This document shows positions 42,257 to 50,208 of a DNA stretch of 50,208 nt, piece by piece. The translations under genes were made by a program, and so were the position numbers. How positions within the stretch are numbered: the first letter of the stretch is position 1; each line of letters opens with the position of its first letter. The notes below the pieces were generated by a model. The model saw only the letters and a program-made list of their open reading frames with translations. It was not told the origin of the DNA and did no database searches. This stretch comes from an uncultured Candidatus Saccharibacteria bacterium. GTDB taxonomy: Bacteria > Patescibacteriota > Minisyncoccia > Phycocordibacterales > PALSA-1337. Location: assembly GCA_964365535.1 (NCBI GenBank), contig CAYIQG010000001.1:1-50208 (forward strand), given 5' to 3'.

Positions 42257-43780
42257 CTATTCTTTGGTCTTCCGCCGATATTGCAGCGCCTCCAGAATAT
42301 ATTCTTTTTCTATAATGTCCGAACCCGCAAGGTCAGCGATTGTTTGCGCCACTTTCATGATTCTATGGAATGATCTGCCGGATAATTCCAGTTTTTCCGC
42401 GGAAAGCAAAAGAATATTGCGGGCTTCGTCGGTTAGCGTGACGCATTTCTCGAGGTCTTCCGCGCCCATTTCACTGTTATAGTGTTTTGTTATATGGTAT
42501 TTTCCAAATCTCGCGGTTTGCCGCAATCGCGCGGATACGATTCTTCGGCGGATGGTCTCCGAAGACTCGCCGCTCGAAGTTTTGGCGGCCAATTTCTTAT
42601 AATCAACTTTATTAACATCAACCCAAATGTCTATGCGGTCAATGATTGGCCCGGAAATTTTTCGCTGATAATTTTTAAATACTATTTCCGGACAAACGCA
42701 TCCATTATTTTTGCCTTTTCCGCAAGGACAAGGATTTGTCGAGGCTATCAAGATACATTGCGCGGGGAAAGTAATAACGCCGCGAGCGCGCGAAATCGTT
42801 ATGACGCGGTCTTCGAGAGGTTGGCGCAGGGCTTCGATGACATCTCTGTCAAATTCAGGGAATTCATCCATAAAGAGCACTCCCCTATGAGCCAATGTTA
42901 TTTCTCCAGGCCGGGGGAATGCCCCGCCGCCGACAATCGAAGGATATGACGCGGTATGGTGCGGAGAGCGGAATGGCGGATAAACGATGAGACCCTCTTT
43001 CAATGTTCGAGCCGCCGAATGAATGCCGGTAACCTCGATTGATTGCTCATAAGTTAATGGCGGCAAAATCGAGCAAAAACTATGCGCCAACATTGTCTTT
43101 CCCGTTCCCGGCGGACCGCTCAAGAGAATATTATGCGCGCCGCCGCCGGCTATCTCGAGTCCTCTTTTCGCGGTTTCATTGCCACGAATTATATTCATAT
43201 CCGTGAAGTTTGGCGGTTCGAAATTCAGGTTCTCGATTCTCTGAATAGGTTTCATTTCAATTTCACCCGATAAGTGTTTTATTGTTTGCGCTAGAGATGA
43301 GACCGCGTAGGCGGTTATCCCTTGAGCAAGCGATGCCTCGCGGATATTATCTATTGGCACGAATGCTTCCATAAAACCATGCTCTCTTGCTTGGCAAAGA
43401 ATAGGCAATAATCCGCTTACCTTACTCACATTCCCTTCAAGGGACAATTCTCCCAAAAATATTTTCTTTTCCGAATTGAAATGAATATCCTCCGCCGCTT
43501 TCAAATATGTGACGGCCATTGCCAAGTCGAAAGACGGTCCCTCTTTGCGAACATCGGCCGGCGCTAAAGATATAATAACTTTTTGGTTTTTCTGTTTGGG
43601 CGATTGATACCCGGTATTCTTCACGGCCGCGGAAACGCGGTCTTTGGCTTCTTCTACCGCCCTATCGCCGAGACCGACAATAGAGAAAGCATTCAGGCCA
43701 TTGGAAATATCAACTTCGACCGTGACGGTTTCGGATTTAAGCCCAATAAGTTGCGCGCTGTATGATTTTGCCAGTCCCAC
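42257..43780 (-). CDS. comM: YifB/ComM-family Mg-chelatase-like AAA+ ATPase
   Basis: Lon-like N-domain, Walker A LLSGPPGTGKTM, Walker B VLFMDEFPEF, a Cys cluster STNPCPCGKGKNNGCVCP, and a C-terminal ChlI-like tail. Confidence 0.9.
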   Translation of the reverse strand: MGLAKSYSAQLIGLKSETVTVEVDISNGLNAFSIVGLGDRAVEEAKDRVSAAVKNTGYQSPKQKNQKVIISLAPADVRKEGPSFDLAMAVTYLKAAEDIHFNSEKKIFLGELSLEGNVSKVSGLLPILCQAREHGFMEAFVPIDNIREASLAQGITAYAVSSLAQTIKHLSGEIEMKPIQRIENLNFEPPNFTDMNIIRGNETAKRGLEIAGGGAHNILLSGPPGTGKTMLAHSFCSILPPLTYEQSIEVTGIHSAARTLKEGLIVYPPFRSPHHTASYPSIVGGGAFPRPGEITLAHRGVLFMDEFPEFDRDVIEALRQPLEDRVITISRARGVITFPAQCILIASTNPCPCGKGKNNGCVCPEIVFKNYQRKISGPIIDRIDIWVDVNKVDYKKLAAKTSSGESSETIRRRIVSARLRQTARFGKYHITKHYNSEMGAEDLEKCVTLTDEARNILLLSAEKLELSGRSFHRIMKVAQTIADLAGSDIIEKEYILEALQYRRKTKE

Positions 43781-43901
43781 GCGCTTATCATAGCAATTGA
43801 CTTATGAAATTCCGATAAAGAAAGTATGAAAAAACGATAAAAAAAGTCTCAAAAAAGAATAAAAAAACAATGAAGAAGTTATGAATTTTTTCCGTGCGGA
43901 A

Positions 43902-44267
43902 TTACTTATGCGTATGTTTGATCGAAATTCTGGAACTAGGATTGACTTCCAGCCGCTCGCGCTCTATTGGCTCGCCGCATTTTTCGCAGATGCCATATTT
44001 ATCAGTATCTATCTTTGCCAGAGCGTTTGTGATTTCACCGAGTTGTTTTTCGAGTTGCTCGGCGATACCGGAATTCTCTTCGAACTCTTCCATCTTGTCC
44101 GCCGTCTCGTTTTCATCAGCCGGATCCACCTCTATTTTGTTGCCAGTCACTTCCCAACCGGACGCGCTTCTTGGATTTCTGGACCCTATGCTTGATAACT
44201 CTTCTTCAATCGCGGCTTTTTCCGCGAACAATTTATTCTTGAAATATTCCGTGTCTTTTTTATTCAT
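43902..44267 (-). CDS. DksA/TraR-family protein with degenerate zinc finger
   Basis: Coiled-coil N-terminus and a C-terminal CEKCGEPIERERLEVNPS. The second CxxC pair is absent. Confidence 0.7.
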   Translation of the reverse strand: MNKKDTEYFKNKLFAEKAAIEEELSSIGSRNPRSASGWEVTGNKIEVDPADENETADKMEEFEENSGIAEQLEKQLGEITNALAKIDTDKYGICEKCGEPIERERLEVNPSSRISIKHTHK

Positions 44268-44276
44268 GGATTCATG

Positions 44277-45320
44277 TTAGCGCATAAAAGCTTGTTGTTC
44301 AAGCCGCGATATGATTTCCGCCAAAGTCGCCTCTTTCGATGTGATAACCAGCTTGGTATTGTCAATGAATGAATACAAGAAAAGCACATTACCCGTATCG
44401 GTTCGAAATTCACGCGCGTCTCTGTTTTTTATTATACCATCGGTAAAATGTCCCGATAATGTGAAGTATTTTTGCGATGTTGATGTTGCATTTCCGATAT
44501 ATTGTTTCAAATCATCCGCCATTACATTTTCCCACGCGAGCATTCCGGCAAAAGCGTTTTGGAAAAAATTGTGAGTGGCGACAATGAAAATATCTTTATT
44601 ACCGCTTACATCCGAATATTCGCCTAACATCCAAGATGCCGTGAGCGACCTTACGAGTATGTCTGGCACGTCTATGCCCATAATATTTACCATATCTGTA
44701 CCGATAACACGGACTGATTGCTCATTATTCTTTCTGGTAAATATTATTTCTTTTATCGTGTTTGGTTGTTGTGGTTTTCTCATTTCGGCTTGAATATTAG
44801 AGATAATTTGCGATGGTATCAAGCCGTCGATTGGGATGAAAACCGCGAAATCGGAGGGAATAAGCGATTTATTCGCTGGATTTGTTCGCGTAATGGTTGG
44901 TAGCGGCGCTAGCGCGCTTTGGCTATAGAGATAATATGCCCCCGTTACTCCGCCGCCAATTAAGACTATGCTCATAATAGCCAAAATAATTTTTTTGTTT
45001 CTATGAACTTTTTGCTCGATATTGGCTGTTTTGCCGCTATTAGCGGCATTGTCTTTTTCTTGTTTAACACTTTCCGCTATCGCTATTGAAGCGGCGGAAG
45101 TCCTCTTATGCGACATGAATTCAGCCACATCGCCTTCATATGTCCGCAATGCCTTTTTTGAAAATTTTTCGGCGTCTGTTAATGGTTTGGCAACCTTATT
45201 GCCGTTTTCACTAATATTATTGACTGGTTTTGGTTGGCCATTGTTACCGCTTGTATTCGGTTGAATCGTATTTTGTTGCGGTCCAAGAGTCTTTTGTAGC
45301 GGAGTAGTATTTTCATCCAT
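44277..45320 (-). CDS. Single-pass membrane protein, hypothetical (347 aa)
   Basis: Disordered N-terminus, TM IILAIMSIVLIGGGVTGAYYLY, and a folded extracytoplasmic domain. No family recognised. Confidence 0.65.
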   Translation of the reverse strand: MDENTTPLQKTLGPQQNTIQPNTSGNNGQPKPVNNISENGNKVAKPLTDAEKFSKKALRTYEGDVAEFMSHKRTSAASIAIAESVKQEKDNAANSGKTANIEQKVHRNKKIILAIMSIVLIGGGVTGAYYLYSQSALAPLPTITRTNPANKSLIPSDFAVFIPIDGLIPSQIISNIQAEMRKPQQPNTIKEIIFTRKNNEQSVRVIGTDMVNIMGIDVPDILVRSLTASWMLGEYSDVSGNKDIFIVATHNFFQNAFAGMLAWENVMADDLKQYIGNATSTSQKYFTLSGHFTDGIIKNRDAREFRTDTGNVLFLYSFIDNTKLVITSKEATLAEIISRLEQQAFMR

Positions 45321-45365
45321 TGCCTTATTATAGCTGGAAACAAAAGATAAGACTAGTTCTTTTGG

Positions 45366-47540
45366 CTAGAATCTCTTTCTAAATTCCGTTCTTGGTTTTG
45401 GCTTCTCCTCTTTCTTCGTGAAGAATTCCGGATTCGCGCCTTTGATTGAAAGATTTATTCTTCCCTTATCGTCAACTTCTTTAACTATGACTGGCACTTT
45501 ATCCCCTTCTGTTATATATGTTTCGACATTTTCAACTCGGAACGGCGCTATCTCCGAGACATGTACCAGTCCTTCGGCATTCGGTCCTATTTTCACGAAT
45601 GCGCCGAAATCCATGAGGCGTGTTACTTCCCCTTGGAATTTTTCACCCGGCAGATATTCTCGAGTCATGTTATAGATTATCTCTTTAGCTTTTTCGGCGC
45701 TGCCGTCTTTGCCCGTGATGAACACGGAACCATCGTCTTCCATTGTTATATCTTCCACATGCGTTATATCGCGAATTTCGTTTATTGTTTTGCCGCCAGT
45801 GCCGATAACGAGTCCGATTTGTTCCGGCTTTATTTTCATGACTATTATTTCCGGCGCGTTCGGTGAAATCTTATTTCTAGGCGAGGAAATTTCTTTCTCT
45901 ATCACATCGAGGATTTGGAAACGGGCTTTTTTCGCCGCTTCGAACGCTTCGGCGAATATTGGAAGCGGTATTCCGGAAACTTTCACATCCATTTGTACCG
46001 CCGTGATTCCATTCCTCGTGCCGGCGACTTTGAAATCCATATCGCCATGATGGTCTTCGGGACCTTGAATGTCTGTCAAGATTTTATATTCTTTTTCGTT
46101 TTTCATCATTAAACCAGAGGCAATCCCCGCGACAGGCGCTTTGATTGGAACACCGCCATCCATTAGGGCTAGCGTCGAACCGCAAATTGAACCCATGGAA
46201 GTTGAGCCATTGGACGCGAATGCTTCGGAAACTAGGCGGATTGTATATGGGAATTTGTCCTTCGCTGGAATAACTGGAAGTAACGCTTTTTCAGCGAGCG
46301 CGCCGTGCCCGATCATTCTCCGATTTGTTCCGCCCATCCTGCCTGTTTCGCCAGTCGAAAATGGCGGGAAATTGTAATGATGCATAAAACGCTTATTCTC
46401 TTGAGCGACAACGCCGTCTATGAGAAGAGCGTCTCCCGGCGAGCCGAGCGTCAGCGCCGACATAATATGCGTGCCTCCGCGGAAGAATATTCCGGAACCG
46501 TGAAGAATAGGAGAAATGCCCCCAGCCTTGGCGAATAATGGCCTTATTTCATTCATTTTCCTGCCATCTGGGCGCCTATTATTATCTATTGCCTCATTAT
46601 GCAAAGCGTTATTGACCGCTTCCTCGAAAATTTCTTGCGCCATCGCCATATTTCCTTCAGGCATTCTTTCCTTGAATAGTTCTATCCAAATCTCATTTAT
46701 TTCAGCGAGCTTTTTCTTTCCTGGTTCATTGGCAAACACATATTTCAAGAGTTTTGGCGCTATTTCATCGTCGAATAATTCTTTTGTTCCCGGCGTTGAC
46801 TCCGGTAATACTACCGCAACCTTTTTCTTGCCAATTTCCTTTATTATTTTCTCCTGCCACTTTTGTATTTTCTCTATCTCTTCTGAAGCTTTCATAAGTC
46901 CTTCCGTTACAATCTCCTCACTTGCTTCTTTACTGGCGACCTCTATCATATTTATCATGCCATCTTTGCCGCAAGCGACCATATCTAAGATGACGCCTGC
47001 CTCTTCGCGCGCCTTATAGTTTGGATTTACGAGCCAGTCCCCATTCTTGTTCTTCGAGCTTTGCTCTTCAGAACCTGAACGGCCCATGCGCACCGCCGAC
47101 ACCGGTCCATTCCATGGAATATCGGAAACGCCCAGCGCGAGAGATGCCGCGATGACCGATACTACATCCGGGTCATCTTGGTCTATTGAAAGGGTTGTAA
47201 TTACCACTTGTACTTCATTGCGTATTCTCTGATTGAATAACGGTCTCACTGTCCGGTCAACGATGCGCCCGGAAAGTATTGCTTCAGTCGAGGGCCTTCC
47301 TTCCCTCCTCATGAATCTTGAGCCGAGAATTTTCCCGGTGGCGTAGAATCTTTCCTCGTATTCCACTGTTAATGGAAAATAATCGCTTTCCTCTTTTAAC
47401 TTGCCCATAACTGCTGTTGCCAACACCACGGTATTGCCATAGCGCAACATTACCGCGCCATTCGTTTGGTCCGCTAAGTCGTTGAATTCGGCGAGCAATG
47501 TTTTGCCGCCGACTTCAAGCGTATATTCTTTTTTCTTCAT
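45366..47540 (-). CDS. pnp: Polyribonucleotide nucleotidyltransferase (PNPase)
   Basis: Two RNase PH-like domains, KH (GLVIGTGGKTINEI) and S1 (GEKFQGEVTRLMDFGAFVKI) domains. 724 aa. Confidence 0.95.
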   Translation of the reverse strand: MKKKEYTLEVGGKTLLAEFNDLADQTNGAVMLRYGNTVVLATAVMGKLKEESDYFPLTVEYEERFYATGKILGSRFMRREGRPSTEAILSGRIVDRTVRPLFNQRIRNEVQVVITTLSIDQDDPDVVSVIAASLALGVSDIPWNGPVSAVRMGRSGSEEQSSKNKNGDWLVNPNYKAREEAGVILDMVACGKDGMINMIEVASKEASEEIVTEGLMKASEEIEKIQKWQEKIIKEIGKKKVAVVLPESTPGTKELFDDEIAPKLLKYVFANEPGKKKLAEINEIWIELFKERMPEGNMAMAQEIFEEAVNNALHNEAIDNNRRPDGRKMNEIRPLFAKAGGISPILHGSGIFFRGGTHIMSALTLGSPGDALLIDGVVAQENKRFMHHYNFPPFSTGETGRMGGTNRRMIGHGALAEKALLPVIPAKDKFPYTIRLVSEAFASNGSTSMGSICGSTLALMDGGVPIKAPVAGIASGLMMKNEKEYKILTDIQGPEDHHGDMDFKVAGTRNGITAVQMDVKVSGIPLPIFAEAFEAAKKARFQILDVIEKEISSPRNKISPNAPEIIVMKIKPEQIGLVIGTGGKTINEIRDITHVEDITMEDDGSVFITGKDGSAEKAKEIIYNMTREYLPGEKFQGEVTRLMDFGAFVKIGPNAEGLVHVSEIAPFRVENVETYITEGDKVPVIVKEVDDKGRINLSIKGANPEFFTKKEEKPKPRTEFRKRF

Positions 47541-47545
47541 CTTTT

Positions 47546-47630
47546 TGACTCACCCCCAGATTACAGATTGCAAGGCAATATATTAACGAAAAATTTGCTT
47601 GCGGATAAACCTGTGTATCTAGGGGTCAGT
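47546..47630 (-). promoter_or_regulatory. Long imperfect hairpin in the pnp 5' leader that includes the Shine-Dalgarno sequence
   Basis: On the minus strand, RC(47597-47630) pairs with RC(47546-47576). Several G.U pairs are valid only on the minus (mRNA) strand. GGGGGUGA lies 9 nt before the AUG, in the 3' arm. Confidence 0.5.
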
Positions 47631-47697
47631 TATTACTATTTTAATAATGCGCTCCAAACACCTCAAACGATGTCACTGTAACATGACCATATGCGCT

Positions 47698-47725
47698 TTG
47701 ACAAATATTTTATCGGGTGTATGGT
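47698..47725 (+). promoter_or_regulatory. Sigma70-type promoter TTGACA-N16-TATGGT for the 47751 gene
   Basis: TTGACA at 47698-47703, TATGGT at 47720-47725, AGGAGG at 47737-47742, ATG at 47751. Confidence 0.5.
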
Positions 47726-47750
47726 TCTTATTAGAAAGGAGGCGTTAATT

Positions 47751-48104
47751 ATGTTGGTATTAACCCTTTATGGGGTCCCTGAAGGACCGCCAGAAGCTAG
47801 GGCAAGTTTTGACGCTTTGAAACATACTCTGATTGAGATGATCACAAGTTTCAAGGAATTGGGTCTCAATGTCGATGACGTGGCAGTACACTATCCTCAA
47901 AACGAAAATCCAGGAAATGTCCTGAAGTGCATAGTCATGTGTCTCAGAGAGTCTCCGGCAATACCTGCCCTGAGTCAAGACCAGATAGTCAAAGAGCTCT
48001 GTGAGAAAATCAAGAGTACTTTGACAGTCTTTGTGAAAAGAAATCACGTGCTGTTGAGGCGGTGTGGCGAAATCAATGTCCGTGTAATCCTTCCGGAGAA
48101 ATGA
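47751..48104 (+). CDS. Hypothetical 117-aa protein (possible tandem beta-alpha-beta fold)
   Basis: A strong AGGAGG lies 8 nt upstream of the ATG at 47751. It is the only + strand gene between pnp and rpsO. No family recognised. Confidence 0.6.
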   Translation: MLVLTLYGVPEGPPEARASFDALKHTLIEMITSFKELGLNVDDVAVHYPQNENPGNVLKCIVMCLRESPAIPALSQDQIVKELCEKIKSTLTVFVKRNHVLLRRCGEINVRVILPEK

Positions 48105-48177
48105 AATCCGGTACAACTAAGCACTACATATGATTACCACGCTTCTTTCCCTCGGGTGTTTTGTTTCCACTATACAT

Positions 48178-48226
48178 TAACCGCGTTCTCTGTCATCAGG
48201 TTCGCGGTTACTTTTACTGTGTTTTT
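48178..48226 (+). terminator. Hairpin plus T-rich tail after the 47751..48104 gene
   Basis: taaccgcg (48178-48185) pairs with cgcggtta (48203-48210) and is followed by cttttactgtgttttt. The loop is long at 17 nt. Confidence 0.4.
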
Positions 48227-48238
48227 ATAGTTACTTAT

Positions 48239-48640
48239 TTAACTTAACTTCATTTTTCTTAATTCCCCCCTCAACTTCCCGTAATTCGGAATATTTTGCC
48301 CTACCAATGCCCAAAACTCTTTTGAATGATTAAACTCTTTGAGATGGCACAATTCATGCACTATAAGATAATCGGCGAGACGCAATGGAAGGTGTACGAT
48401 TCGATAATTAAAATTAAGGTTTCCCCTCTTGGAACAACTACCCCAGCGGGTACGCTGATTGCGGATGGCGATTTTGCGTACAGAAATTCCATAAATGGTA
48501 CGCCAATACTGGACGCGTTCACAAACGATGGCGCGTGCAAACTCCTTATATTTGAGAAAATCACGACGATTGCTACTTTTTCGGCGTCTTCGCGTATGGT
48601 GTGTCCTTCTTCTGCGGAATATGATACGGAATAAGTTCAC
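48239..48640 (-). CDS. YgjP-like (DUF45) M48-superfamily metallopeptidase, short form
   Basis: WGSCSKRGNLNFNYRIVHLP and the HELCHLKEFNHSKEFW zinc motif. Confidence 0.75.
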   Translation of the reverse strand: MNLFRIIFRRRRTHHTRRRRKSSNRRDFLKYKEFARAIVCERVQYWRTIYGISVRKIAIRNQRTRWGSCSKRGNLNFNYRIVHLPLRLADYLIVHELCHLKEFNHSKEFWALVGQNIPNYGKLRGELRKMKLS

Positions 48641-48672
48641 CGTTACATAATAGCGTATTTATTTGCTCTCCC

Positions 48673-49191
48673 CTATTTCCTTCCCGACCTCAATAAATAT
48701 TTGCTTGGATTTTCATCCAAATCCATGAAATTGTCAGCCGCTTCAATGAGTTTTGCCGATGTTGATTTGCCGAACGATACAACCTCTACTTGGCAACCTT
48801 GATTCATTTGCAAATACTCAACGAGCGGCACGAAGTCGCCGTCACCCGTAATGAGTATTACCGAATCTAATTTCGGCGAAAGTTTGACCGCGTCTATCGC
48901 AAGTCCCACATCCCAGTCCGCTTTCTTGGCGCCAGAACTGAATACTTGTAAATCTTTGACCTTTGTTTCAATTCCTACTTTTGTTAAGGCGTCAAAGAAG
49001 GCATTTTCTTCGCCAGTTTCCGTGGCGATGACATAGGCGACCGCTCGGACGAGCTTGCGGTCGTCGAGAGCGTCTTTCACTATTTGACCGAAATTGACTT
49101 TCGAATGATATAGATTCTTGCCGCTATGATACAGATTTTGCGCGTCAATATAAATGCCGACGCGCTGCTCTTTATGTTTGATTATTGCCAT
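48673..49191 (-). CDS. NYN-domain (LabA/DUF88-like) protein
   Basis: RVGIYIDAQNLYHS, LVRAVAY and ILITGDGDFVPLVEYLQ are typical of NYN/LabA-like nucleases. Confidence 0.75.
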   Translation of the reverse strand: MAIIKHKEQRVGIYIDAQNLYHSGKNLYHSKVNFGQIVKDALDDRKLVRAVAYVIATETGEENAFFDALTKVGIETKVKDLQVFSSGAKKADWDVGLAIDAVKLSPKLDSVILITGDGDFVPLVEYLQMNQGCQVEVVSFGKSTSAKLIEAADNFMDLDENPSKYLLRSGRK

Positions 49192-49228
49192 GAAAATTGT
49201 TGTTAACGAACTTTATTAAATGTTTTTT

Positions 49229-49255
49229 GTCATTCCCGCGAAAGCGGGAATCTAG
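49229..49255. repeat. GC-rich hairpin gtcATTCCCGC-gaaa-GCGGGAATctag downstream of rpsO
   Basis: 8-bp stem with a GAAA loop. It shares the same termini as the in-frame rsmA element. No U-tract follows on either strand. Confidence 0.7.
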
Positions 49256-49268
49256 GACATAACAAAGA

Positions 49269-49535
49269 TTATTTCTTCAAATCCAACTTCTTCACAATAC
49301 TCGAATATCTCCTCGGATGATTCTTTTTCAAATAATTCATATGGGTTTGCCTATCTGCCACCATTCCCAGAAGACCACGGCGCGAATGGTTATCTTTCTT
49401 ATGTTTCTTCAAATGAGAAGTCAATTCCTCGATTCTTTTGGAAAGTAACGCGACTTGAACTTCCGGAGAGCCGGTGTCTTTGTCGTTAACGGCTGTTTCC
49501 TTGATAATTTTTGTCTTTTGTCTGGTTGTAAGCAT
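49269..49535 (-). CDS. rpsO: 30S ribosomal protein S15
   Basis: 88 aa with TGSPEVQVALLSKRIEELTSHLKKHKKDNHSRRGLL. Confidence 0.95.
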   Translation of the reverse strand: MLTTRQKTKIIKETAVNDKDTGSPEVQVALLSKRIEELTSHLKKHKKDNHSRRGLLGMVADRQTHMNYLKKNHPRRYSSIVKKLDLKK

Positions 49536-49610
49536 GATTTAACACAGTAGCATGAATAGATATCCGGCGCAAGAGATGTTTTTCGAACTTCCTATTGCTA
49601 CAATGAAGGT

Positions 49611-50208
49611 ATGTCGCATAATCTCAAAACTTTGAAACAGCAATTTCTGGAATATATTGAGATAGAAAAGGGGCGTTCTCTGAAAACGGTTGAAAATTAT
49701 GACCACTATCTGACTAGATTTCTAGGCTTTTTGAAAAATAATAATCTATCAGCGATTACCCCAGACTCCATTCGCGAGTTTCGACTATGGCTCAATCGCC
49801 AACCTTCTGGGAGAAATAGTGGCACAAACGGTTCCAGTGGCACTCTGAAAAAGAAAACACAGAATTATTATCTCATTTCCCTGCGCGCTTTTCTCAAATA
49901 TTTGGCTAGGCGAAATATCAATACTCTTTCACCGGAACATATAGAATTAGCTAAGACCGGCGAAAGGCATATCGATTTGATCACTTCGGAAGAACTAAAA
50001 AGACTACTCGAAGCGCCGAAAGGCGATGATTTGAAAGCTTTACGCGACAAATCTATTCTTGAATTGCTCTTTTCTACCGGTTTGCGCGTCTCTGAGCTTT
50101 GTTCCCTACCCCGCGATATTGACCTTCGTAGCGATGAATTATCAGTGAGGGGAAAAGGCGACAAAGTCCGCGTCGTTTTTATTTCCAACGAAGCTAAGCA
50201 CGCATTAA
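49611..50208 (+). CDS. XerC/XerD-like tyrosine recombinase, 3'-truncated by the window end
   Basis: Hand translation from the ATG at 49611 gives MSHNLKTLKQQFLEYIEIEKGRSLKTVENYDHYL..., and the frame stays open to the window end through ...ILELLFSTGLRVSELCSL...LSVRGKGDKVRVVFIS. The gene is absent from the ORF track because it has no stop codon. TGCTACAAT lies 6 nt upstream. Confidence 0.8.
   Translation, partial: MSHNLKTLKQQFLEYIEIEKGRSLKTVENYDHYLTRFLGFLKNNNLSAITPDSIREFRLWLNRQPSGRNSGTNGSSGTLKKKTQNYYLISLRAFLKYLARRNINTLSPEHIELAKTGERHIDLITSEELKRLLEAPKGDDLKALRDKSILELLFSTGLRVSELCSLPRDIDLRSDELSVRGKGDKVRVVFISNEAKHAL

Noticed and set aside
47049-47074. Possible third in-frame palindromic insert in pnp (gttcttcgag-ctttg-ctcttcagaac, encoding part of SGSEEQSSKNKN).
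   Set aside because: The palindrome is short and interrupted (5 + 3 bp), is not GC-rich like the others, and shares no termini with the other elements. The extra loop in PNPase may be ordinary lineage-specific sequence.
49868-50188. 106-aa minus-strand ORF at the window end, together with the many 60-170 aa antisense ORFs inside polA, pilB, pnp, VirB4 and other genes.
   Set aside because: Each lies wholly antisense or out of frame within a longer ORF that carries clear family motifs. At 49868.. the + strand encodes the XerC/D-like recombinase.
1-50208. CRISPR arrays, prophage or IS elements, rRNA genes, and alternative genetic code (UGA recoding).
   Set aside because: - No regularly spaced direct repeats were seen.
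- No transposase, integrase or phage-structural-like ORFs, apart from the chromosomal-type XerC/D fragment.
- No rRNA-like sequence.
- Long conserved genes are intact in code 11 and several terminate at TGA.

Overview
Low-GC, tightly packed bacterial chromosome segment. It reads cleanly in the standard code: long ORFs are intact and many end in TGA. Most of the window is housekeeping: a replication-origin cluster (dnaN-dnaA / rpmH-rnpA-yidC), polA, holA-like, tsaE, ruvB, yebC, ruvC, PBP1A with a FemAB-like gene, rsmA, pcrA/uvrD, comM/yifB, dksA-like, pnp, rpsO, a partial xerC/D-like recombinase, one tRNA-Lys(UUU) and a stand-alone PilB-type ATPase. The compact versions of these proteins, plus many small secreted or single-pass hypothetical proteins, suggest a reduced-genome CPR/Patescibacteria (Parcubacteria-like) organism. 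That placement is inference only. Three things stand out. (1) An 11-gene, same-strand, overlapping locus (25277-38089) has four type IV secretion hallmarks (VirB4-like ATPase, PrgI/VirB3-like, VirB6-like, T4SS-pilin-like) and seven unrecognisable envelope proteins, with no relaxase or coupling protein in view. (2) A foldback element occurs three times (1416-1577, 13243-13402, 16193-16361). Each has a conserved 94-95 nt core with a covarying inner hairpin, flanked by perfect 28-37 bp inverted arms that differ between copies. (3) GC-rich palindromic elements sit in frame inside housekeeping genes (rsmA, polA) and have intergenic relatives. Smaller observations: a duplicated secreted-protein cassette with poly-G tracts, a roughly 40% tyrosine secreted protein, a recurrent TATAAT-N9-ATG (near-leaderless) arrangement, a 6S-like rod in a 550-nt gap, and a pnp leader hairpin. 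All coordinates and foldings were derived by eye, without tools.
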